NCBI RefSeq assembly: GCF_006345805.1
Contig: NC_043001.1
Location: 38,936,001 to 39,000,000 of the forward strand
DNA length: 64,000 nt
DNA from: Octopus sinensis
Lineage: Eukaryota
Direction: 5' to 3'
A model generated the notes under the pieces. It had not been told where the DNA came from. It made no database searches and saw only the letters and a program-made list of their open reading frames with translations. The position numbers were made by a program, and so were the translations under genes. Numbering within the stretch: position 1 is the first letter of the stretch; each line of letters opens with the position of its first letter. Positions 37,671-50,852 of the stretch are shown here, piece by piece.

Positions 37671-38488
37671 ATTTAAAACTACAACTCAAGTGAACAACTT
37701 CAAGTGATGTATAGAAGTGGATAACTTGGTTTGCTGATTATTTTTATAGATGTGGCCAAAGACATGACATTACTGCGTAAAATAAAGAGGAAGGTTTTTC
37801 AAACAATTCAAATTGATATAATCTGTACAAGATATCAATTCAGAAATTTTGAGATTTATGTAAGTTAGAATGGGATTATCACTATGTGATATTGTCTCAG
37901 ATATCATCTTGAGTTTATTATTTCCAAGTGACTAATCCATTACAAAGTTTGAAATTTATGCTCAAAGATCACTTAATCAAAAATGAAGAAATATGCAATT
38001 ATGTGCATCATCTCTAATAAAGACAATCTCTACAATGCTACTCAGAAACAGCCTATTGGTTTCACAGCCAATATTTCTAAGATTATGATGATTCATCACC
38101 TCCTACTTTAATTTTGATCTCAAGACATCTGAAGATATATAAAACTAGGTCTTCTAGAAACCATTACCTTTATGTTACAAAGTGGCTTTCATGAAGGTCT
38201 AAACAGGATACAAACATTTCTCTTCTTTCTAAAGCTAACAAATATAATATGATATAGAATTTAAATGAAAACTCTATGTTACTAAAAGTTTTAGGAAGAT
38301 CTTTGAAAAATAAATAATTTATTGCCAAAAAGGAAACTAACACCATATGTATCTCTTTATAATTTGAAATAACAACAAATATTTTATGCTCTTGGTCTAT
38401 AATTTAATTCATATGCTTCCAATTAATGTTAAAAAACGCTTTCAGTTCTTTTCTGGAAATATTGGTGACAATCACTTTATTAAAACAA

Positions 38489-39732
38489 CTGGGTTGACAA
38501 CTAAGTTCCTGCCGTTTTTTAAATTTTGGAATTTATTGCATTTTTAAATTTTGGAATCTATTATTTTTTTCTAGTTAATCTTAGTTAATTTTTGTTTATT
38601 TTCAGATCATTAAAATGGAATGTCAAGTTAAGAGAAACGAGCATTTTCGATACCTCCTTCTTTTTGCTTTTAATCAAGGTTCTAAGGCCGAAAAAGCTGC
38701 TCGTGACATTTGTGCTGTGTATGGAGAGGGTACCATAGCTGAAAAAGCCACTCATGATAGGTATGCGAAGTTCAAAAATGGAAATTTTGACCTCGAAGAC
38801 GCACCTTGTTCTGGTCATCCAGTTGAGTTTGATGTAGAGCGATTAAACCAACTTTTGCACGAAAATTCTCGTCAAATGACAAGGGAACTGGCAAAGAAAA
38901 TGGAATGCTCCCACACTGTTATAGAAAAGCATCTTCACTCGATGGGAAACATTCAGAAGTATGGGGCATGGGTTTTGCATGTTCTAAGTGACAACAACAA
39001 AAATTAACAAGCCACAATCTCTACTGGTTTCCTTGCTCATCACCGCTCAACTCAAAGACACAAGCAACGATTTCTTTACTAAATTGTTACTGGTGATGAA
39101 AAATAGTGCCTGTACATCAATATGAAAGAACATAAGGAATTGCTTAGCCCCGGTAAACAAGTGACACTGCGTGTAAAACAAGATCTTCATCAGCATAAAA
39201 CGATGTTGTGCATATGGTGGGACTGGGAAGGAATTATCCATTACGAATTGCTTGAACAGAACCAAACGGTCAATGTTGAACTCTATGTTCAACAGATGGA
39301 ACAACTCAACATGGCTATTCAAGAGAAAAGACCTAATCAGCAGTATAAAGCTCTTCTGCTGCACGACAACACCCACCCTCATATCGCCAAAATGACCAAG
39401 GAAGTTATTCAAATGCATGGCTGAGAAGTGCTGCTACACCCACCATACTCTCCTAATTTGGCACTAATGGATTTTCACCGCTTTCTATCTCTTTCAAGTG
39501 CTATGTGTAGAGTTTTGTTCAATAATGATACAGAATTGAGAGCTTGAATCAATTTTTTGAACCAAAATCGGGTGATTTCTACCAACCAGGTATTGAAAAT
39601 CTTGTTGAACATTGGGAAGAAGTAGTAAACAACAAGGGTGAATGCATTATTGATTAATTAGTTGTTATTTTTCATTAAACCTTTTAAAAAATTTAAATTT
39701 AAAAAACGGCAGGTACTTAGTTGCCAACCCAA
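38489..39732 (+). mobile_element. mariner DNA transposon, full length, inactivated
   Basis: TIRs CTGGGTTGACAACTAAGTTCCTGCCGTTTTTTAAATTT / AAATTTAAAAAACGGCAGGTACTTAGTTGCCAACCCAA followed by TA; 1244 bp. Transposase relic EHFRYLLLF...WVLHVLS...IVTGDEK...MLCIWWD...LLHDNTHPH...HPPYSPNLALMDF. Confidence 0.94.
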
Positions 39733-39943
39733 TACAATTCTTCAGTATTTATATCTCAAACAATTCCTGAAAATTATAAATAAAAATTATCAATTTTATT
39801 GATACACATAAAATGAAACAAAGTCCAACAATCTTCTAATGGGATAAAATTAAATAAATAACTGAACAATTTTACCATTCTAAAAATAAAAATTGAATTG
39901 TAAATAGGTTTTAAAAATAACTGTGGCTTTGTAAAATACTTGC

Positions 39944-40195
39944 CTGGAATTTTGTAGTTTGATGACTTAATCACACGAAAATCATCATTGATTACATGAC
40001 ACTCCCATGTACCAGTATTATTGAAGGAAGGATTGTTTATAGGTAATACTTCTTTATTATAAGTATTCTTAGTGGTGTTTCCCCATTTTTGCTTCAGTTC
40101 ATATTTATGAGTTGCTGGATTTCCACCAGATGCAGTGCAACTAATTATTATTTTATTTGGCTCATTTGAAATATGAATGTTTACTTGAGGAGGAT
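39944..40195 (-). CDS. Ig-superfamily receptor, Ig-domain exon (second)
   Basis: T-rich acceptor ending TTTTTTAAG (AG at 40197-40196); 252 nt, phase 1-1, donor CAG|GCAAGT. Translates YPPQVNIHISNEPNKIIISCTASGGNPATHKYELKQKWGNTTKNTYNKEVLPINNPSFNNTGTWECHVINDDFRVIKSSNYKIP, with Ig cysteines in ISCTASGGNP and NTGTWECHV. Mostly missed by the ORF track. Confidence 0.87.
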
Positions 40196-43100
40196 CTTAA
40201 AAAAATAAAATAAAATAAAATAATCAAGGAACAGTTTCAATTTAGAAAATAGGATTAAAATTAAAAATTTCAGTTTCACACACATTTTAAATTCAGATTC
40301 TATGATTGTCATTGAACATGTTTCTCATACAGGATATCAAAGTAAAATACAGAAAGCAATCTAAACCACCACAATCTTGGGACAATTTTAGCTTGGCCCT
40401 GTGGCTAATGAAATCTTTATAAGGTTTTTAAGATTTACAGGAGGTTGCAACAGTGAGATGTACTTCCATGCAGTACTTGTATCTAGATGGGTAGATTGTC
40501 CATTGAGAAATAACTGTATTCACCAGGAAGATAGTTTACTGAGGTGTACAGTAAACAAACAATTCATGAAATTTCTACTAATAATATTCATAAAAATTGT
40601 CAACCCATACAGATATAAGAAATTAAAATCATTTCACAATGAAATTTCTTCACATAACATGCAAAAAATGCCTCTCAATAAGAGAGATCATGGGAAGATC
40701 ATGGGAAAAATGATATATCCATTCTTCATCACAATATCAATGTAGTGTTTAAATGTACCCACTTATGGTAATAGCATGATAGGAAGAAAGTGGTATGATG
40801 CCAGACAAATGAAACCAAAGTAACTGAAAATACTGGGTCAAAAGATTCAAATATTAAGTTTTTATGTTGTTAAAGTTGATGTAGTTTTCATTCTGAGAAC
40901 AAAATATAAATAAATTGAATAAAATAAATTATTGAAGTAAATACGTATGTAGTACTGAGATGAACTTTTTAAATGAACTTTAAATTTAAACAGTTAGCTT
41001 TGCTTTTTTTGTCTTCCTATCATTTTTAATTAGAGCCCTCTATCGAAAGTTATGGGTTTAAAACCAAATAAACAGTTGTATATCTTTTGGCTAGATTTGA
41101 ATGTAATCTTTACTTTTGATGCCCTTATCCATAGATGCTTATGATTTTCAATTGTACATCAGACATTATGCTTTTGTCTTGTCATCCCTAATCAAAGTTT
41201 CTCAATCTCTTCTGTAATGATATTTAGGATTTTTTTCATTTCCACACTGCAAAACTTGATAAATGCATTATAAACTCTTTGATTTATCCAAACTTGAAGT
41301 CTGAATGTGACATCTTTGAAATTTGTTGTATTGATTTGATTGTATAACTAATACAGAATCTTTATATCTTCCTAGGCAACTGTTTGTTGTAAAGTGGAGC
41401 TACCAGTGATTGGGGATTTCATTGTATACATATAGAAGAATATAGGTTATTTATTGCAGAAAAATATGGTCTCCAAATGACTGCTTATATTTGAAAAAAT
41501 ACTTCAATAGGATAGACACATTTTCTTGATGTTTTAAATCACCTCCTTTTCCTTCTCCTTCTTCATATCCACTCTCTATGCTGGCAAGGAAGGGTAGTCA
41601 CATATGAGACCACTGTTTTCATAGACAAGTTGGAAAACTATGCCACATTTGGCTAGGTTTTGGCTATGTTTCAACAGATAGATGTGCTTCCTATGACCAA
41701 CCTGTACACAGCGTACTAAATGTATTTTAGTGTAGTACCACCACTAAAGAAGTTGTCATATCTTTGGCTAGAGAAGACCAAATACACCTCTTGACTCTAT
41801 GCTTTCTCTGTTCATTTACCAGCTACTTTACAGAGCGTATTGGATGCATTTTATTGTGGTACCAGCATTAGAGAGGTTATGTCCTCAGCAAGAGAGAACT
41901 GAAGGGATCTCTAGACTCTATGCTTTCTCTGCTAATTTACCAACACCTTAACAGAGTGTATTGTAAATATTTTTTCTTATCACTATAAGAGTAGTGAGAC
42001 TCAAAACTGCGGTAGAGTCCAGTGGATGATGTTTATTTTTCTACTATAAATACCTCTCCCTGGCCACTCATAAACTGGAGTTGCCCAAAAAATCATAGCT
42101 GAGCCAAAATGCACATTTTATTGCTACATTTTCAGAAATATATATATTTAAATTGCTTAATTAAAGTATATCTCACATTTTATTTGGAAGTTCAATAGTC
42201 TTGTATAGACATTTTTATAAGTTATATTGACTAGTGACATATTTTGCAATAACTATTCAAAATATTGATCTAGTTTGTTTCCGAAAGTAGAGCTTCACCA
42301 AAAAAAAAAGCCTCCCCCACCAATTATTGTGAGCAAGCAAATCACATTAAAGTTGATGACTTGAAAACTAGATCAATTTTCATGGGTGCTGTACAATGAA
42401 CTAAAAAAAACAAACTCTTTTATTAGTTCATTGAAATGTACAGCACCCATGAAAAATGGGACACTTCAATCAGTAAGAAGGGAAATAAATTTTGCTGGTA
42501 ACAACTCATAAAAGAATATGCTGAGAATCTACAGCTGGCAACTGATCTTGACAGAATCTTGAGAAATTGTATGTTTGTAGATTATATATGTGTGTAATAA
42601 GTTATTTTGTATTTAATTTTAGCATGCTTAAAGATGTGATTAGTGTGTATTCTACTCTGACATTATTGAAGTTGCATTTCCTTTCACAGCAGAAATGATT
42701 ATGATGCTGCTGTCATTAGGACAATTTGTGATGACATTCATTTCTTCTTAAAATATGTTTTGGTTTAAAATGTTTGCCTTGCTCAGTAAATTTTTGTCTT
42801 TCCAGTTTCGCTCATATTTTCCAGTTTTTTTAAGAAACATTTTGCTGATAATCATGATTTCTAGGTGGGAGTTGTAATCAAAAGTTTTATTGAAAACTTA
42901 GCTTTTCTAATTTCAAAATTCAGTGAGCTACCTTCAGTTAAGGATAATAAATAAGTTAGGTTGGGTACATCATATGCTTTGCGACATCTATGTGAACTGC
43001 ATTAGTCTTTTCAAATTCAAAGCGAGATAATGCTTCAGTGGCATTGAATATAAAATCGAAATTTTTAGGTTTTGAATTGATTCAATCAATAATTGTTTTG

Positions 43101-43699
43101 ACAAATTGTGAGTTCAAATGTCTTATTTCTCAAGTTTCTATCCTAGGGAGAGATATTTCAATTAAACAGGTCTCTGTAAAACAAATTTGACACCTATCTA
43201 TCCATTAATAGTGGATAAGGATACTAAAATATTACAGGAGAAATTAAATGTGCCTACTTAAAACCTAGTAAAAAGGATATCAATATTTAGAAATTGGGCA
43301 GTAGTAGATGTTTACAGAATACACCATTAGAAGTAGGGTGGTTGTAGAGAGCAAAATATGGACTTTAGAAACCAGAAAAATTACAAACACCCATATTCAT
43401 TTAAACTGGAGAAACTGATGTGATGTTTGGTCACAATAAATCCTTTAGTAAAATCAAGGATCAACAAACCCAAATTATTTTTCAGTTCTTTTGTTCATAT
43501 TTACAGGTCATGCTCTTAATCTGAGGGAGTTCTTTTGAAGCTCAACAACAATATTGCACAGAATGGATGTCATTAACATAATTCTTAAAGTAAATAGAGT
43601 GAATACAGCAGGGTCAGTGTTAGAATAATGATTTTTTTAGAGATTAGTCAACAAAAATTATTTGCAGACATTATCTTTCACAAACTCTCCAAGACTGGT

Positions 43700-44200
43700 A
43701 AGACTGATACAGCCTATGTTCAGTTGTACACATCAATATCTACAAGCAAGTCATAGGTGGGAAGGGAATTTCACATTGTTCAACTCTAAGAAGGTTTGAT
43801 TATGCATAGTGGTCAATGAAATACAGTATTGACGAGAAGAATGGGAGAGATAGATGTATTGGGTGAACTTGGATGGAGGTTGTTTAAAGCTAGGAGCAGT
43901 GATCAGAGTAATAATAATATAAGAAGCAGAGATAAGAAAAGCACATGTATGGGCAAGAAATGGTATGTGTTATTGAGTCATTATCAATTGGTGAGGCTTT
44001 CACTGAGCAAATCTGTCCTGGGTGTAAGAGCAGTAATTCTTTGTGGATCTTGAATTTTGTAGAAAATCAGTAATTGCTCAAAAGCTGAAATATTTTCTAC
44101 TTCTGAAGCGAAAAGGTAGTCTTTAGGATACTGTTTCAGTTAGGTTATATGGGTTTTCAGTATATATTACCAGAAATTGTGAAACCTACCTTTTATAGTG
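43700..44200 (-). mobile_element. Possible CR1/L2-group LINE 3' relic
   Basis: Weak fragments FRSRKYFSFEQLLIFYKIQ...; very decayed. Confidence 0.3.
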
Positions 44201-45231
44201 ACTATGACCTAAATATTAATCAGTTTTGTCCTCTTCAGTTCCACACAGGCTGACTTTATTTTTCCTTACTCTTAACTGATGAAGTAGTATTGATTTCATG
44301 ACTACACTCCTTCCTTAAATAATAAACCGCTTTACTGATCAAAATGACTGAACTCCATTGCAGAATGATTGGTGATAGGAAGGGCATTCAGCTGTAAAAC
44401 CTATCACAACCCCCTAGCATAAAAAAATAAATCACATACACCAGAGACAGATGATGTAAAGAGTATCAGATGATGATGGACTATGACAAGTGGAAAGGGT
44501 TGAGGTGGAACAAATCCTTCTAACTCATGCCAGCATTGAAAAATAGGCATAAGACAATGATGATAATGATGATGATCATCATCATAGTTTAACGTCCACT
44601 TTCCATGCTGGCATGCATTGGACGGTTCGACTGAGGAGTGGAAAGCCAGAAAGCTGCACCAGGTTCCAATCTGATCTGGCATGGTTTCTACAGCTGGATG
44701 ACTTTCCTAATGCCAACCACTCTGAGAGTGTAATGGGTGCTTTTTATGTGCCACCAGTATGAGGGCCAGTCAGGCGATACTGGTATCGACCACCTCGAAT
44801 GATGCTTTTATGTGCCACTGGCACAGGAGCCAGCACTGGTAATGACCATGCTCCAGTGGTGTTTTTTACATGCCATCGACACAGGGTTGCTTAAAGATGG
44901 TAAGAATGACCCACAAGTGAAGATGATTTTAGACACTTATGCAATCACAAGGAGACATAAATGCCCTCTCAGTGTACCCACTCTTGACCCAGTAGATCAT
45001 CAAGGAGGTGTTGGTTGAAGAGAGAGAGGGCTGCACTAGCACTTAGCTGGTAGTCATTTTCAGCTGAGTAGACTAGAGCAATGTAAAGTGATGTGCTTTG
45101 CCCAAGGACACAATATGCCACGCAATCTGAGAATTTATACAAAGAAGTAAAAGACATTTGATGATGGTGAGGATATTAGTGATAGTAGTAGTAGTAGTAG
45201 GAGGTGGAACAAATATTTATATTTAACATAC

Positions 45232-45480
45232 ATTTGAACAGGATATTAATTTCCTTTTTATCTGTCAAATTTCCATTCCTTTTGCTCTTTGCAATGGCAG
45301 TGCAGAAAACATCACTGATATTTTTACGATTAAAAGTTAATATAGAATTTGAAAGGAAATTTCCATTTTTATCCTCCAACCACACTTCTGGGGTAGGGTT
45401 TCCTTTTGCAGAACAGTTTATAATGGATGCTTGATCCTCAAATAATGTCACATTCTCTGGTGCAGTAATATCAGGTGGAT
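45232..45480 (-). CDS. Ig-superfamily receptor, Ig-domain exon (first of three seen)
   Basis: Acceptor TTTTTAATTTTATAG (AG at 45482-45481), donor GTATGT at 45231; 249 nt, phase 1-1. Translates xPPDITAPENVTLFEDQASIINCSAKGNPTPEVWLEDKNGNFLSNSILTFNRKNISDVFCTAIAKSKRNGNLTDKKEINILFK, with the I/C2-set pattern C-x-A-x-G-N-P-x-P-x-V-W ... F-C-x-A. Confidence 0.88.
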
Positions 45481-47484
45481 CTATAAAATTAAAAAAAAAA
45501 TTAATGAATGAAATTTTTAAATATCACACACTGAAAAATTTTGAAGAAACATCCTGAAACACTTTGCTATAAATTATTATAAAATTTGTTTAATTCTTTG
45601 AATCCTAACATTCTGTCAGGTGTGCCACAATACCAGCCAAGTACATGAAAATCATAAAAACACTGAAAAAATAAGGCAAATTCAACTGGAAAAAAGATGC
45701 AATAAATATAATACTTTCTACTATAGGTGCAAAGCCTGTAATTTGGGGGAGGAAGCTACTTGATTACATTAACCCCAATGTTGAACTGGTATTTATTCTA
45801 TCACTCTGAAAGGATAAAAGACTAAGTCAACCTCTACAGAATCTGAACTTTGAATCATCATCATCATCATCATCATCATCATTTAATGTCCGTTTTCTGC
45901 GCTAGCATGGGTTGGATGGATGTAAAGACAAATGAAATACTGCTAAGCATTTTTGTCTGGGGTGATAACGTTGTATTAAATATAAATTATGTTTAATTTG
46001 TAATGAGATATCTTTTACATCACTCCCTTATGTCTTCTGTCTTTGATCACCAAATTTTCCAGTAGTTATTATCTCCAGTGTAAATAAACAAGAATATATT
46101 CTTATCTTTCACACCCCAATCCTGTCCTCACTACCCTGCCCCTTGTAACAATGCCATCTTGTTGTCTCCCATGTCCTCTATATACCCAAGTTTCACCAGT
46201 CACCATATTCCCCTTCCCCCTGCTTCCTGCATTCATGTCAAGTCCATCCTTCCTGCTCATGCACCCTTGGAAATATTCTACCATCCCATTTATATTTTGA
46301 TCCCTGTACCTTGAGGTATGCCCTGGCACTTCATCATCACTCTCTCTCTATCTCTCTCTCACTTTTCTCTCATGTTCTCTCACACTCTCACTCTCTTCCA
46401 GTCTCTCTCTCATTCTTGATCTTTCATCTCTCTTCGCTCTCTTGGTCTCTCCCTCTGACTGGATAACCATGTATCTCCTCAACACCAACATACCAGTTTC
46501 TGTCCCTGTCACACTATAACCTCTCATCACCTGACACAAACCCACCTCCTCCAATACACCCTCCCCTTAGAAGATCTTTGTGTAGTGAATTACTGAATGA
46601 CTCCAGCAGATCTGGTGCCAAATAAAAAGCATCCAGTTCACTTTGTAAGGTGGTTGGTGTTAGGAAGAGCATCCAGCCATAAAAGCCATGCTAAAACAGA
46701 CAGTGATGCCTGGTGCCAGCTTTTGGCTTGCTAGATCCTGTCAAACTATCCAACTCATGCCAGCATGGAAAACAGATGTTAAATGTCAATGAAGATGATG
46801 ACGATATTCATTATCACAATTATAATCAGAATATGATGCATTTATCTTTGATACATTATCTTTTTGATAGAGAATTTCTTTGTGTTGACCAACCTCTCTT
46901 CATGTGACATATCTATTGCTGGCAGATCCCAAGCATTCTATCAATAGTCTCTGCACAAAGGCTTACTGAAGTCAATTTTACAAGAGAAACTATAAAAATA
47001 AGCTTTGAGTATTTGGCAACAATTAAATAAAACAAGAACTACACATGAATTATACATAAAGCTATTGGGGGGCCTGTATACAGTGGCTCAACCTGCCTGA
47101 AATAGAAGCTAAATTTCCTTTACATCATTCCCTGTCTTAAATACACTATGTTTGAAAAAATAGTGTAGGACAAAAGCCCTTCGGACATGTTAACTGTTGT
47201 AACTATTTTAAGTAGGCAATGATTGTAAGAGAGAAAATATTTGTCATTTATTTATTTTAGTGTCATACTAAGAAAAATTGCTGTCTTCTATATATAGTCT
47301 TGTTCTTTCAGGTGCAAATGACACATAGTAAGCAACCAGCACATTCTGTTAAGTGGTTGGCATTAGGAAAGGCATTCAGTTGTACAAACCATGCCATAAC
47401 AAACAACTGGAATCTGGCCAAATGGCAAGTTTCATGTCAAACAGTCCAACCCACAGCAAAGAAAATGTAAGTTAAATGACAATG

Positions 47485-47534
<50 letters not shown>

Positions 47535-47536
<2 letters not shown>

Positions 47537-47748
47537 GCCTCGCCTGGCACCTGTGCAGGTGGCACGTAAAAAGCACCCACTACACTCACGGAGTGGTTGG
47601 CGTTAGGAAGGGCATCCAGCTGTAGAAACATTGCCAGATACGACTGGAGCCTGGGGCAGCCTTCTGGCTTCCCAGATCCCCAGTCGAACTGTCCAACCCA
47701 TGCTAGCATGGAGAACGGACGTTAAACGATGATGATGATGATGATGAT
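47535..47748 (+). repeat. Solo RTE 3' tail; representative of about 15 copies in the window
   Basis: AAAAGCACCCACTACACTC...GTGGTTGGCGTTAGGAAGGGCATCCAGCTGTAGAAAC...CCAACCCATGCTAGCATGGA...GTTAAACGATGATGAT; related copies near 4810, 10220, 15420, 31900, 33020, 34150, 44570, 45860, 46620 and 47330. Confidence 0.88.
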
Positions 47749-47774
47749 ATATATATATATATATATATAAATAT

Positions 47775-50224
47775 TAGAAAAAATAAGGTATTCAGAGATC
47801 TGGATGGTTGTACATATACAAATATTTATTTAAATGTCGTATGTTTTTGCAAATCACACATAAGCGCTTTCATCTACTCTATCAGATTTTTCAGATTTAA
47901 ATTTTGAGAAGGGATTTATTTCTTCTTATAGTATTAGTGAATGGATTGGGTGGAGAGAGAGGGGGAAAGAAGAGTAATGTGGAGTGTATAGGGTAGGAAA
48001 AAAAGGGAGAGAAATGGGGAGATAGTGGAGGGAAAAGTGAGAGAGAGTGTATGTGTTTGTGTGTGTGTATCTGTGTGTGTGTGTGCGTGTGTATATATAT
48101 TGTATTTTTATTTTGTATTTTATTTTGTAATTTTATTTGTATCGTTTTTACGTCCTGTTTATGTCACATTTTTTTCTTTCCGTGTTTTTACTCCTCTGCG
48201 AAGTAATTTTATTTAATTCTTTCGCAGGAAGGGCTAGTTCGACGAGTTGTGTTCTGTCCTCACCTTTGAAACACGCTGGAGTTGAACTAGGGACAGCTGA
48301 TGAAGGGGTTTTTTCCTTGTGTAGTTTGTCTTGTACTCTGTTTTTTCGTTGTAAAAAAATGGTCCGTTCCATGCTTGTTTTTACGTTTTCATTACTCGTT
48401 GAGTTCTATGTCTATTTGTGGTGTCCTGTACTCACGTATATATATTTATATATGCATGTATATATACATGTAGATGTAGGTACGTACATATATGTATGTA
48501 TGCATATATTTTATTCATTACACTATTGTATGACTGAGCGCCCTCGCGTCGATTCGATTTGTTTCGTTTCTTCTTCTCCAAGTACAGTTTTTATATATAA
48601 TTATGACGCGAAACTCTATACTCTTTGCTTGACCTCCCCTTCTTTCCCTATCTCTCACTCCTCCTCATCTCTCTCTCAGCCGCTTGTCTTCCTCTATCTC
48701 TCTCTCTCTCTCACTCCTCCTCATCTCTCTCACAGCCGGCTGTATACTTCCTTTTCGCCTGCGGCCTCCTAAGTATAAGCATAAGGTTTTTCTTGCGCTC
48801 TTAGAATCTTCCTCGTCTAGGCCAAAAAAATGCCCTCTTCATTTGTTTTCTTGTTTGTTTTTATTTCTCGTATTGTATTTTTTTGTAATTGTATTTTTAT
48901 TTTGTATTTGATTTTGTATTTTTTTTGTAATTTTATTTGTATCGTTTTTACGTCCTGTTTGTGTCACATCTTTTTCTTTCCGTGTTTTTACCCCTCTGCG
49001 AAGTAATTTTATTTAATTCTTTCGCAGGAAGGGCTAGTTCACAGTCTCTAACCAAAGTTCAGTATCAAGTACAGGGATTCTATTGTTGGGGTGCTTAGTG
49101 AGGTAATCTATAGTTACCTTGATACTTTGGTGGATGGAGTTAGCTATTTGCTGGATGCTCTCCATTATGTTCTTTCAGAACATAGGAAATATGCATAGTA
49201 GATATCATACCTCCATACTCACAGTTTACACAGGTAGAGTAGAATAGATAGTGGACTGTTATGTAGATAGATATGTGTATGTATGCACATGTGTTTTCTT
49301 TTTGTTTTTTGTATGTAAGCATATGGATATGAAAATAAACAGTTCAACATACAGACGGATAGGTACATAGATTATAAGAACAGACAAGCACATATATGCA
49401 AATGGAGACTGAAACACATGACCATATATACACACACACTACTCCACACAAGGACACATATGGAGACACGGGTGCACACATATAGAGATCCATATCTATA
49501 CATACAAACATGGTACATAGTTGCAAAACACACACACACAGACATGCACACACAAGGAGACAGAGGTGCATACACGAGCATGCAAGCACATGAATACAGA
49601 ATACATACATACAGATGCGCACACATACATACGTGCATGCATGCATAGGCACACACACACACACACTGACCCATACACATGCGCACAAACAAACAAAAAG
49701 GAACTCAGTGTAAATAACAGACAGTCAAGACTATTGAAAAGGTTGCAAGACGCAACGAAAATTTTAGGAAAATAAAAATAAGAAATAAGTGGAAATTTTA
49801 CCGGTGAGTGTGATATATCATAAGGCACAAAAAGAAAATAACTCTTCCCAGACACAACAGAATATGCTTCAACACACGAACTCATATAAAGAATCTTGCA
49901 AACCAAATCCAAAAACGAAACTTACAGTAACCACCTGGTCTTGACATTTTCACAGACCAAGAATCAACTTATCATCTATTGAAATAACTGACCAACTGTA
50001 TAGATATAAACACATTTTTTCTTCTTTCTTCCTTTCCTTCTCTTTTCCATTGACACTAAGAAAAAACACATTTTTTCACTTTGAAAACATTTTTCTTTCA
50101 GAAAACCTGGTGAGCTGGCAGAACCAAAGTAAGCATCTGTCCTAGCCACCTACTTAAAGATATATATTCTTTTTCTTTGTCTCTTGTTCAAAAGGTTCCT
50201 TTCAGATACAGGAACACACACACA

Positions 50225-50264
<40 letters not shown>

Positions 50265-50490
50265 TTCTCAGTTTTTCCCTCCCTTCACATTACTCTTCTT
50301 TCTCCCCTCTCCCCCTCCACCCCAACCTATTCACTAATACTATAAAAATAGATAAATCCCTTCACAAAATTTAAATCTGAAAAATCTATTAGAGTAGATG
50401 AAAGTGCTTATATGTGATTCGTAAAAACATTCCACACTTTAATAAATATCTGTATATGTACAACCATCCAGATCACTGAATATCTTATTT
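47775..50490. repeat. Composite repeat bounded by ~250-bp inverted arms, with an internal ~150-bp direct repeat
   Basis: 47775-47965 is the reverse complement of 50320-50490 (AATAAG-TATTCAG-GATCTGGATGGTTGTACATATACA...CTTTCATCTACTCTA...GTATTAGTGAAT). 48100-48240 repeats at 48890-49040, both ending GCAGGAAGGGCTAGTTC. Confidence 0.8.
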
Positions 50491-50502
50491 ATTTATATAT
50501 AT

Positions 50503-50545
<43 letters not shown>

Positions 50546-50852
50546 TGATAATTAGAAAATGGAAATGAATTGAATATAAATGAATTTATTAATTAATCAA
50601 TACCATCACCTACAATTGTTTCATTTCATGAAGTCAAAATTACAAGACATATACAAATATAAATAAAATTTTCATTTTAAATACCTTTGGTGAAAATCTT
50701 CAGGTTACATATAAGGACTACATAGTGATTTGATGGAATATTCAATTTATACACAGAATATATATTTATGTTTACAATGTGTAAGTGTGTGTGCATGCAT
50801 TGTTAAAAATATTCATTCATTTTTTTTAATTCAGTATTACTAATAACAATAT

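Noticed and set aside
40401-40745. 114-aa ORF antisense to the Ig gene intron
   Set aside because: No motif, splice support or similarity that I can recognise.
48137-48772. 211-aa plus-strand ORF
   Set aside because: It is a low-complexity translation of repeat sequence with no recognisable domain.
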